From Obrimoposthia wandeli (lineage: Eukaryota): DNA of 64,000 nt. The notes beneath the pieces were generated by a model that saw only the letters and a list, made by a program, of their open reading frames with translations, did not search any database and was not told where the DNA came from. Positions 33,892 to 43,600 of the stretch are shown here, piece after piece. The DNA lies in assembly GCA_977020255.1 (NCBI GenBank), contig CDROCS010003840.1, forward strand, positions 1 to 64,000, given 5' to 3'. The number at the start of each line of letters is the position of its first letter. The first letter of the stretch is position 1. A program made the translations under genes and the position numbers.

Positions 33892-34185
33892 ATGATGAAA
33901 GCGTGTTCAATAATTCTTTTGTTAAGCAGTATATTCACTTTTTCTGTGAATGCCGCCGATGAAGTAGTGACAAAGTCTACTGTGAATGCCGCAGAGGCAA
34001 CAACAGAAGCCGCTGCTTCTAAAGGTACAGCTGCAGGTATTGATACTGCCTTTGCTGCATCTGCGGGGGGGATAACGGCAACAGTCGTGGCCGTAGGGGT
34101 AGCGGCTATTGTTATTGGTGTCGCAGTCTCAGATTCTGGCGGTGGAGATGATCCGGCACCACCAGTAACTGCTGCTGTAAATTAA
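33892..34185 (+). CDS. Second YjbE/GfcA-like small secreted protein
   Basis: Signal peptide ending SVNA, an Ala/Thr-rich body, and AGGITATVVAVGVA...VAVSDSGG matching the tail of the 2278-2598 protein. Confidence 0.7.
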   Translation: MMKACSIILLLSSIFTFSVNAADEVVTKSTVNAAEATTEAAASKGTAAGIDTAFAASAGGITATVVAVGVAAIVIGVAVSDSGGGDDPAPPVTAAVN

Positions 34186-34322
34186 GTCGTTATATTCAGT
34201 GCTGTATTGAATCTTACGCCGAATCGACAATCGTGTTCGGCGCAATGAGCTTTGTATATACGCTGTTTGCTTTTATTTACGCTAGTTGCTGTTATATACG
34301 CTAGTGCTTAGGGTCTAACCCT

Positions 34323-36323
34323 CTAGCTTTTACTGCCGAGTTGTTTTCCTCGTACTAATCGACGTACCCACATTCGTCCTGGATGTAGGGCGTTGAGCAC
34401 GGTATGAGGCAGTGGTAATGGATCGCCACAAATTTGAGATGCCAGTAGCTCGCCCAGTAGTGGGGCAGAGCTTAACCCTCGGGAGCCTAATCCTACGATG
34501 GAATACAAATTCGCATAGATAGGTACGGTTTCGGCCGTCGCTTGGTTATCTCTTAGATCTTTATACTGCTCAATCAATTCTTCATATCGACAAATATTCC
34601 CGACAAAAGGTAAGTGGTCACGACTGGCACAGCGCACACCAGCACGAGACTGATTGGCAGAAATGTCGACGTTTTTAGGCCATTCGACATCTGGAATACA
34701 ATGGACTAAACGTTGCTTATTATCTTGGTGTTCTGCTTCACAAAAGGTTAAATCTGCGCTGTTTCGACGGTAACTTGCGCCAATACAGTGTGTTTTTGTG
34801 GTTGTATTTTGTGGTGTTAAATACCCGTCATAACACAGTACTGTTTTTAATTTTGATAATGTATCGTCAGTGGGGATGTGGCTGACTTGCCCGCGCACAG
34901 AGTAAGCAGGGATCTGTTTAGCTTGTTCAAATTCAGAAAAACGATGACCATTCGCAATAATTACCGTGTTATGAGTAAATTGATTACCCATTGAATCGGT
35001 TAATTGCCATTGTTCATTAATCGATTCCAAACCACAAATATCTACATCTGATTTTAACGTAAGCCGCCCTGTATCTTGCGCTTGTTTTATTAAGGCTCGG
35101 GTCAGTTCTTGAGGGCATAGCCAACCTCCGAATGGGTAGTGAACACTTGAGAAATTCGATTTTATTGCCGTTTTTTGTTCTGTTTTATCTATATCTAACG
35201 CTTGCACTAGTTCTGTAGGGAAGTTACCTGACAGCATTTTATTAATTTTGCTGGTTGATTTTTCATCCCATGCCAGCTGTGTAACGCCGCACCAGTCGTG
35301 TGAAAAAGTGCTATTCATTGCTGCCTGTTCAACAAATTGACGGGCATAAAAAAAGGCAGGGCCAAAGAATCGGGTTAAACAATCATTTGAACCATTGAGC
35401 AATGGATAAACAGCGCCTTGTCGGTTCCCTGATGCACCTTCAGCAGGCAAAGGATCGGCACAATACAGTGTGACATTCACCCCTCGTCGAATTAATGCGA
35501 GTGCCGTTGTCGCAGAAGCAACACCGCCTCCGATGATTGCCACGTCGTTTGCATCAGACGCCGAGGTGCGTGTAAACCATGGCTTTGAGTTAGCTTGGTA
35601 TCGACGTGTTTTCACACTGCCCACAAGTAAGTGGTGTGTAGGGTTAATACGAATGTTATTGCTATGACTATGGCTTTCAGTCATATCAAAACCTGCTTCA
35701 GTCAGGCTTTGTTCGAGTACGTCTTGCTGGGTGCTCTGGTCAGATGTTATGGCATGAATCGTACTGTTTTCGCGAGCCAGTATTGCGATGCTCTCAGCGA
35801 CTTGATGTATATCTGCTGCTTCTATCTGGCTAAAATCTGCAAACCAAGCATCCACAATTCCGTCATCATTCGTCCATACTTGAGGAATGGAGTCCGTTAT
35901 ATCACCAAACCATAAATCGAGAGTGATTAAACCCTCATCAAGCACAATGCGATGGCAATCTGAAATATCTGGTGGATAATGAGCCTGAAGCTGTTGGGAA
36001 AAATGGGCGAATTCAGGCTTGGCTTCAGTGGCTTTAATAAGCGCACTTTTCGTAAGAGGGTGTTGCTCAAAGCTGATGAAGTGCAGCTCTTTTACTTTCG
36101 CGGTAGGGTTTGCTTTACGAAATTGCATAAATTGCTGGCAAGCATTAAGAAAGCTAAGACCCGTACCAAAGCCTGTTTCAGCGATGACGAAGCGGCGACG
36201 TGTAAAGGCTTTCCAACGTTCTGATAATCCATTGCCTGGTAGAAATGTATCGCATACATGGGATGGCGATATACGATTATCATTAGAATTAAGAACAGTT
36301 TGTTTAATACGCTTGTCAGACAA
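34323..36323 (-). CDS. mnmC: MnmC (tRNA mnm5s2U34 synthesis) with intact FAD oxidase domain and atypical methyltransferase domain
   Basis: ETGFGTG, HFISFE, LWFGDI, then [29 protein letters not shown]. Divergent from fabB as in other gammaproteobacteria. Confidence 0.93.
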   Translation of the reverse strand: MSDKRIKQTVLNSNDNRISPSHVCDTFLPGNGLSERWKAFTRRRFVIAETGFGTGLSFLNACQQFMQFRKANPTAKVKELHFISFEQHPLTKSALIKATEAKPEFAHFSQQLQAHYPPDISDCHRIVLDEGLITLDLWFGDITDSIPQVWTNDDGIVDAWFADFSQIEAADIHQVAESIAILARENSTIHAITSDQSTQQDVLEQSLTEAGFDMTESHSHSNNIRINPTHHLLVGSVKTRRYQANSKPWFTRTSASDANDVAIIGGGVASATTALALIRRGVNVTLYCADPLPAEGASGNRQGAVYPLLNGSNDCLTRFFGPAFFYARQFVEQAAMNSTFSHDWCGVTQLAWDEKSTSKINKMLSGNFPTELVQALDIDKTEQKTAIKSNFSSVHYPFGGWLCPQELTRALIKQAQDTGRLTLKSDVDICGLESINEQWQLTDSMGNQFTHNTVIIANGHRFSEFEQAKQIPAYSVRGQVSHIPTDDTLSKLKTVLCYDGYLTPQNTTTKTHCIGASYRRNSADLTFCEAEHQDNKQRLVHCIPDVEWPKNVDISANQSRAGVRCASRDHLPFVGNICRYEELIEQYKDLRDNQATAETVPIYANLYSIVGLGSRGLSSAPLLGELLASQICGDPLPLPHTVLNALHPGRMWVRRLVRGKQLGSKS

Positions 36324-36349
36324 GGGGAAAGCCTCGGTTACTTATTTAT

Positions 36350-36409
36350 TATACCCAAGTTACCTCAAGATTCTCGCTGAATCCTGCATCTTGAGGTAGC
36401 TTGGGTATA
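36350..36409. repeat. Short palindromic ERIC/MITE-like element
   Basis: 22-bp arms TATACCCAAGTTACCTCAAGAT / ATCTTGAGGTAGCTTGGGTATA (1 mismatch) with TATA ends. Confidence 0.8.
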
Positions 36410-36602
36410 TATGTTTCTGAGTTTCATCTAATTTTTCATCTGTTAGTTGATAATTAGTGAAAAATCAGAGAATGTATACCGTTAAAAATGAACGTTAATA
36501 ACGAATTTATCGGCGATTGTACCCGATTGAGGGGAAAGCTGACCACTTTCTGTGAATAAACCCGTTATTATCGTCAACGTTAAATGACAGTAGGAATTCA
36601 TC

Positions 36603-37817
36603 ATGAAACGAGCCGTAATTACAGGCATGGGTATCGTATCCAGCATTGGTAACGACGTAAAAGAGGTGTTGGCATCTCTTAAAAGTGGTAAGTCAGGAAT
36701 TAACTTCTCTGAGCAATTCGCAGAAAATAAACTGCGTAGTAATGTTTGGGGCGATTTGAAAATGAATCCGGCTGAACACATCGATCGTAAAAAAATGCGT
36801 TTCATGGGCGATGCAGCAGCATTTGCGTATTTGTCGATGGAACAAGCAATTGAAGATTCAGGTTTATCTGACGATCAAGTTTCTAATGACCGAACTGGCC
36901 TTGTGGCGGGTTCTGGTGGTGCGTCATCTTATAATCAGGTGGCAGCAGTCGATATTATTCGTAACAAAGGTGTGAAGCGTGTTGGCCCTTACATGGTACC
37001 TCGTACTATGTCTTCAACTGTTTCAGCTTGTCTTGCGACACCCTTTAAAATCCGTGGCGTGAACTACACAATGAGTTCTGCATGTGCAACATCTGCACAC
37101 TGTATTGGTCACGCGGTAGAGCTTATTCAACTGGGTAAACAAGATGTTGTTTTTGCTGGTGGCGGTGAAGAGCTTGATTGGTCGTTAACAATGATGTTTG
37201 ACGCAATGGGCGCTTTATCAACCAAATATAACGATGACCCGACAAAAGCATCGCGTACTTATGATGCAGACCGTGACGGTTTTGTTATCTCTGGTGGCGG
37301 CGGCATGTTAGTGGTTGAAGAGTTAGAACATGCTCTTGCTCGCGGTGCGAAAATCTACGGCGAAATAGTCGGTTATGGTGCAACGTCTGATGGCTACGAT
37401 ATGGTAGCGCCATCGGGTGAAGGTGCTGTTCGCTGTATGAAGATGGCAATGCAAGATCTTGATGCACCTATTGATTACATCAACACGCACGGCACATCAA
37501 CGCCAGTTGGTGACGTGAAAGAGCTGGGTGCGATTCAAGAGTTGTTCGGTAAAAATAGCCCTGCAATTTCAGCAACCAAAGCGATGACTGGTCACGCATT
37601 GGGTGCTGCTGGTGTTCACGAAGCGATTTATTCGACGCTAATGTTGAATCATAACTTCGTTGCGCCAAGCATTAACATCGATAATCTAGACCCTGCAGCT
37701 GAAGGTTTGGATATCGTAACAGAAACCCGCGAAACTGAACTAACGACAGTAATGTCAAATAGCTTCGGTTTTGGTGGCACTAACGCGACGTTAGTGATCA
37801 AAAAATACGAAGGTTAA
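36603..37817 (+). CDS. fabB: Beta-ketoacyl-ACP synthase I
   Basis: [50 protein letters not shown]. Confidence 0.98.
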   Translation: MKRAVITGMGIVSSIGNDVKEVLASLKSGKSGINFSEQFAENKLRSNVWGDLKMNPAEHIDRKKMRFMGDAAAFAYLSMEQAIEDSGLSDDQVSNDRTGLVAGSGGASSYNQVAAVDIIRNKGVKRVGPYMVPRTMSSTVSACLATPFKIRGVNYTMSSACATSAHCIGHAVELIQLGKQDVVFAGGGEELDWSLTMMFDAMGALSTKYNDDPTKASRTYDADRDGFVISGGGGMLVVEELEHALARGAKIYGEIVGYGATSDGYDMVAPSGEGAVRCMKMAMQDLDAPIDYINTHGTSTPVGDVKELGAIQELFGKNSPAISATKAMTGHALGAAGVHEAIYSTLMLNHNFVAPSINIDNLDPAAEGLDIVTETRETELTTVMSNSFGFGGTNATLVIKKYEG

Positions 37818-37889
37818 TCATGTGATTTTGGACGTAGGGGGCTATACGTAATGTTATAGGCTGTTATTTCTGAAGGCAGTTTTCCGGGG

Positions 37890-38114
37890 TAGACACTGGC
37901 TAACCGTTTCTATTTTTACAGTAGAAGCGGAACCATTCAAAGAGACGGCTTTTAGCGGAGACATCTTTCAAGTGGTTACATAGCCAGTGCCTTAAATAAA
38001 CAGACGCAACATTAGCTAGCACGAATGATATTTTCTTTTAAGGGAAGTGTCTATCTCTGGCTGCTAATGCTTTTACCTGGATTTTTTTAACCCGGCTATA
38101 TGCCGGGTTTTTTT
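37890..38114 (+). ncRNA. Candidate structured 3'-UTR sRNA (FarS-like locus)
   Basis: About 300-nt ORF-free region after fabB with nested inverted repeats, ending in a strong terminator. Identity with FarS was not verified. Confidence 0.35.
38089..38114 (+). terminator. Intrinsic terminator closing the fabB transcript
   Basis: AACCCGGC-TATAT-GCCGGGTT followed by T5. Confidence 0.8.
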
Positions 38115-38260
38115 ATGATTTTTTTTACTGAATTTGTCGATAATCATCATACTGGTATCAACTAGCGGCGTAATTATCTGAACACTTATTTACTCTGATT
38201 GGTATTATGTCGATGGTGTATTTTTACCACGTCAATCTCATTTCTTTTTCCGGAGATATA

Positions 38261-39436
38261 ATGAAAATCCTTATCGATGAAAACATGCCTTATGCGGCAG
38301 AACTGTTTGGCCGGCTTGGTGAAGTGATAACTAAGCCTGGGCGCACGTTGTCAGCCGATGATCTCATTGATATCGACGCATTAATGATTCGCTCTGTTAC
38401 CAAGGTAAACCAGACTCTTATCAGCAAGGCGAATAAACTGAAGTTTGTCGGTACTGCCACAGCAGGGCAGGATCATGTTGATCAGGCATTGCTCGCTGAA
38501 CGAGGCATTACATTTACCGCTGCTCCTGGTTGTAACAAGGTCGGCGTTGCAGAGTATGTACTTAGCGCCCTAATGGTTATTGGTCAGCAGCAAGGCTTTT
38601 CAATTTTTGATAAAACCATTGGCATTATTGGTGCAGGCAATGTAGGCAGTTATTTGGCGCAATGCCTTGATGCGCTTGGCATTCGTTATTTACTGAATGA
38701 CCCAATAAAAGAGCAAGATGGGGATACAAGGCAATTCCATTCATTAGAGGCAATGAAAGCCCAGTGTGATGTGATAACGGTGCACACTCCGATCACGCAA
38801 GAAGGTGAATACCCAACCCACCACCTGATTAATGAGGCTTTTCTTGACGCTTTGCAGCCTGATGCGATTTTGATCAATGCGGCACGTGGTCCCGTTACTG
38901 ATAATCATGCTTTAAAGAAAGTGCTTAAATTATCGCAATCTGGTTTGGGTAAAAAATTAACGGCGGTGTTAGATGTTTTTGAGTTTGAACCACACGTCGA
39001 TTTAGAATTATTATCTTTGTTAGCATTTGCAACGCCACACATAGCTGGCTACGGTTTAGAAGGTAAAGCTCGTGGAACCACCATGGTATTTAATCGCTAT
39101 TGTGCTTTTCTAAATATAGATCAGGCAGTGGAAGCATCGAGCTTATTACCGATAGCCCCCGTTCCCAATGTATCGTTAAGCCGGAAGTGGGATGACGCGA
39201 CGTTATTTAGCTTGCTCCAATTGATTTACGATATTCGAAAAGATGACGCCTTGTTTAGACGAAATATGCTGGCGACAAAAGGCAATGAAGCACAAATGGC
39301 GACTGCATTTGATCAGATGCGTAAAAATTACTGGGATCGACGTGAATATAGTGCGATTACAGTAACAGGTAAGGTCGGTTTTGGGGTAGAGTCGCTGGCT
39401 AAATTAGGTTTTACAGTCGTAGAGGACATTCAATGA
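38261..39436 (+). CDS. pdxB: Erythronate-4-phosphate dehydrogenase
   Basis: [44 protein letters not shown]. Confidence 0.97.
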   Translation: MKILIDENMPYAAELFGRLGEVITKPGRTLSADDLIDIDALMIRSVTKVNQTLISKANKLKFVGTATAGQDHVDQALLAERGITFTAAPGCNKVGVAEYVLSALMVIGQQQGFSIFDKTIGIIGAGNVGSYLAQCLDALGIRYLLNDPIKEQDGDTRQFHSLEAMKAQCDVITVHTPITQEGEYPTHHLINEAFLDALQPDAILINAARGPVTDNHALKKVLKLSQSGLGKKLTAVLDVFEFEPHVDLELLSLLAFATPHIAGYGLEGKARGTTMVFNRYCAFLNIDQAVEASSLLPIAPVPNVSLSRKWDDATLFSLLQLIYDIRKDDALFRRNMLATKGNEAQMATAFDQMRKNYWDRREYSAITVTGKVGFGVESLAKLGFTVVEDIQ

Positions 39437-40446
39437 GTCAGGAATTTGATATAGCAGTACTTGGCGCAACAGACGCTGTTGGTGAAGCTATCGTTCAGGT
39501 GTTAGAAGATCGCAATTTCCCTATTCGTAATCTCTACCTACTAGCAGATGAAAATGGCGCAGGTGGTGCGTTACGTTTTCATGGTAAATCAAAGTTAGTA
39601 AAGAATGTAGATAATTTTGATTGGAGCCAAGTGCAGATTGCATTTTTCTCTGCGGGTGAAGAAGCGTCTGAACATTGGGCGCCAATTGCGACTGACCATG
39701 GCGTTATCGTAATTGATAACTCCTCACTTTTCCGTTACGACCATGATGTACCGCTCGTGATCCCAGAGGTCAACCCTCATGCGATTGCTGACTACCGTAA
39801 CCGTAATATCATCGCGACCCCGAGCAGTACGACGATTCAAATGCTGGTGGCGCTTCAACCTATTCACGAAGCGTACGGTATCGAACGTATTAACGTTGCG
39901 ACTTATCAATCGGTATCTGGTTCAGGTAAAAAAGGGATTGATGAGCTAGCGGGGCAAACGGCAAAATTGTTGAACGGTCTTGCAGCAGAAACGAAAGTAT
40001 ACGATAAGCAGATCGCATTTAACTGTCTGCCTCATATCGATGAATTCTTGGATAACGGCTATACCAAAGAAGAAATGAAAATGGTGTCGGAAACACAGAA
40101 AATCTTGGGTGACGGTAATATCCGTGTTAACCCAACCTGTGTACGTGTACCGGTTTTCTATGGTCATGCTGAAGCGCTACACGTTGAAACAACCCAACCT
40201 GTAAACGTCGAAGAAGCAACACGCTTATTAGACGAGGCAGATGGTATTGAAGTGTTCCATAATAACGAGTATCCAACGCAGGTAAGTGATGCGACGGGTA
40301 AAGACCACGTTATGGTGTCGCGTATTCGTGAAGATATCAGTCATCCATGTGGTTTAAACATGTGGGTTGTTGCTGATAATGTCCGTAAAGGGGCTGCGAC
40401 CAACAGCGTTCAAATCGCCGAGCTACTGATTCGCGATTATATGTAA
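39433..40446 (+). CDS. asd: Aspartate-semialdehyde dehydrogenase homologue (Usg-like) lacking the catalytic Cys
   Basis: [48 protein letters not shown] is replaced by ATPSSTT. Confidence 0.9.
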   Translation: MSQEFDIAVLGATDAVGEAIVQVLEDRNFPIRNLYLLADENGAGGALRFHGKSKLVKNVDNFDWSQVQIAFFSAGEEASEHWAPIATDHGVIVIDNSSLFRYDHDVPLVIPEVNPHAIADYRNRNIIATPSSTTIQMLVALQPIHEAYGIERINVATYQSVSGSGKKGIDELAGQTAKLLNGLAAETKVYDKQIAFNCLPHIDEFLDNGYTKEEMKMVSETQKILGDGNIRVNPTCVRVPVFYGHAEALHVETTQPVNVEEATRLLDEADGIEVFHNNEYPTQVSDATGKDHVMVSRIREDISHPCGLNMWVVADNVRKGAATNSVQIAELLIRDYM

Positions 40447-40681
40447 AAAAAATGAGTGTGGCAGCCATGATGCGTTGCTCACGACTGCCCACACTTCATT
40501 TTCATGATCCTTTTGGTAAAAGCGCTTTGACTGTCTTGACTTTCGTTGCGTACAAGCAACAATCGTTAAAATCGACTTCAGTTATTTTTTGAAATGCCGA
40601 TAGAAATTTGGATGGAAGTTTTTACTTTAACTATTAGAACTAGCTTTCAATTTCATACCCTGCCAGAGAGGATAGCGGGCA

Positions 40682-43600
40682 GTGCCTAACCTACCTAAAT
40701 TCGTAACACGCTTCATTTTACCGGTTGTCTTCGTAACAACAGTTTTTCACTTACCGGTGCAAGCGAATACCGTACGTATCATTGGCCCATCTGATGATGA
40801 TCAGCCGTTTACTGTTACCGATCGTTATCGTGATACTGGGGTGGCAAATAGCTATTCCTCGTTAGCGACTAATCAAGCGAATAGCCTTTATGGTCCTACA
40901 GCAGCCAATGAGACCTTATGGGGTATAGCCTCTCGTTATCGTCCGAACAATTCAGTTTCTATTTACCAAGTAATTGGCGCTATTCATCGTGCTAACCCAC
41001 AATCTTTTGAAAATAATAATATTCATGGGTTAGTGCCAGGTAGCCAGTTACGCATGCCAACTATGGCGCAGATTCAGCGTGAAGACGTTACAAGTGTTAA
41101 GCGTCGTTTAGAGGCAGATCAACGTCGTCAAACACGCTCAGCCTCGACAACGTCTAGAACCACTAAAGCGGTAAAATCGTCGACGCAATCAACTGCTCAG
41201 GTTGTTGCAACACCAATAGCAAAACCTGAAAAAGCCAAAGTGGAATCGGTAACGCCACCGAAAGCCCGTTCTATATCGCAAAAAAGCACATCGAAAACCA
41301 GTACATCAGAACGAGCATTTATACCTGAAAAACCTGAACCGACAGAATTACAAGAACAACTTGATGCTTCTGATGTACAGATGACAAAGCTGTTAGAAAG
41401 CAATCATCTGCTTCGTGTACGCTTATCTGAAATGCAATATGAAGTTTCGGCGCTAAAAGACCAAATCACCGATGATGAAGCATTACGTGGTGAGATTATA
41501 GGCTTTCTTGAACAGCAAAAAGAACAGGTTCAAGTACAAACAACAGACGTGGAACCGTCGTGGTTTGATCGATTTATATCTAACCCTTGGTTGTTGGCTG
41601 CGGCAGGGTTGATTCCTGGTGGTCTGATTGCGGGTGCGATAGCATTTTTCATGTTACGTCGCCGTAAAGATGATGAAGATTCAGATATTAAATCATTAGA
41701 AAATCAGGAAGGTAAAGAGTCACCAATTGCACCTGTACCATTAATGGAAGAAGCCACAGGTAGTGAATCTGATTTAATGTTAAGTGAAGATCAAGATATT
41801 GATGATCTATTTGCTTCAGATGACTCTCTGTTTGGTAATCCTGAAGAAAGCTTGCTTAGTAATGATTCAAGCTCTGCGTTCAGTGGCACCCTCGATGAGG
41901 GTGCGGCAAGTTTGGATTTATCCTCTGATCTTGATGATGAGTTTGGTTTAGATTTCGATAGCAATAATGGACTTTCATCGCGCAGTATTTCAGTTAAAGG
42001 TGATGATCAGGCGATTGGTCTTGAAGATATGGAGCGTGCTCTTGATCAAATGGAGCCATCCTCAGAGCTGAGCTCAGATGAAGCACTTGCCGCAATGTGG
42101 GAGAAATCGCTGCAAGAGCAAGCGGATGATGAGCAAGATTTTGATTTATCTGATGATGCAGATAGTGAATTTGACACTGATTTGATGAGCAGTAATAGCA
42201 TTGAGGATGGTCTATTAGATCAATCTATTCTTGATGACCTATTAGCGGAAGTCGAAGCAGAAAATACAAATACAAAAAATAATACGACAGCGTTTACAGA
42301 AACCCTAGAAAGCAATGTAGATAAACGTACAGCATCCAATGCCGAGCAAGTTGTCGATCAAAGCGAATTGGATGCATTATTCGATTCGTTTGATAGTTCG
42401 GATGGCGATTTATCATTAGAAAATGGTAACAGTGATGAGGCAGATCAAGCCGCTGTTGATCAAGCACTTGCAGACGCTGAAGCGATGTTTAATCCGGCAG
42501 TGGTGACAGAAAGTGACTATTTTTCGGTAGCAGAAATGCATAAAGAGGAAGCCACTGCAGCCCAACAAACTGACTTTGATTTGAACTCAGAAGCCGATGC
42601 CAGTGATGACTCGGTATTTGAAGAGGGGAGCACGGCATTACTTGATGACATTGTTGAAGATGATGAATTAAGCAGTGATATCAAAATTGAAGAAAATAGT
42701 ACGGCATTGCTTGATGAATTGTTATCAGACGACAGTACTGATGATGAATTAACGTCATCCATTGAAATTGATGAAAATAGTACCGCCTTACTGGATGAGT
42801 TAATTGGTGATACCGATGATGATACTGATACTGATAGTGAAGTAAGCTCTTTTTATGAAGATGAATTAGAAGATAACACTGAATTTGATCAACTGATCAT
42901 TGATGAAAATAGTACAGACTTACTCGATGAAATTCTTGATCAAAAAAATCATGCACTAGATGCTGACGATAAAGCGGTTACCGATAATGCTGACGATGAA
43001 TTCAGTGATCCTGAATTTGAAAATGCATTATCAACACCGTTGCAAGAACAACAAGGTTTAACCAAAGAAGACTTCGCTAAAGAAGACGTAGCCAATAAGC
43101 CAGATGCTGATTTTCCAGAATTAGAATCTGAGGCCGCTGCATTTGACGCCATTTTAAACGAAGCATTGCAGGCTGATGAGGTTACAAAAAACACCTCAGA
43201 AAAAGCAGTGTTGGAGTCAGAAACAGATAAATCATCCACAGACAAGCCAGCTGATGATATTGATACATTGATCACTGATATTGACCGTGTAATCAATGAA
43301 ATAGATACAGATGAGCCTGAAGGCAATGATGTTGAAACAATCGAGCGCAGTGTTACAGAACTACTGGAAGAGTTAGATGCAGAAGAAGCGCTTGTTGCTG
43401 AAAATGAGAGTAAAAGTGAAGAGCATCCGATTGTCGATTTGGATGACTTTCCTATTTTTGATGAAGCAGCAGCATTATCTGAATTAGACGAAAGAGCACC
43501 CGTTAATAGCTCAAACCCTGTGGGCTCTCTGGTGGGGGAATCACTCTCTGTCGATGAGCTGCCTGAATTTGATGAAGATACCGCCTTCAATGACCCTGAA

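Noticed and set aside
36530-36550. FadR site in the fabB promoter (GACCACTT half-site)
   Set aside because: Only one half matches the palindrome, too weak to call without a matrix scan.
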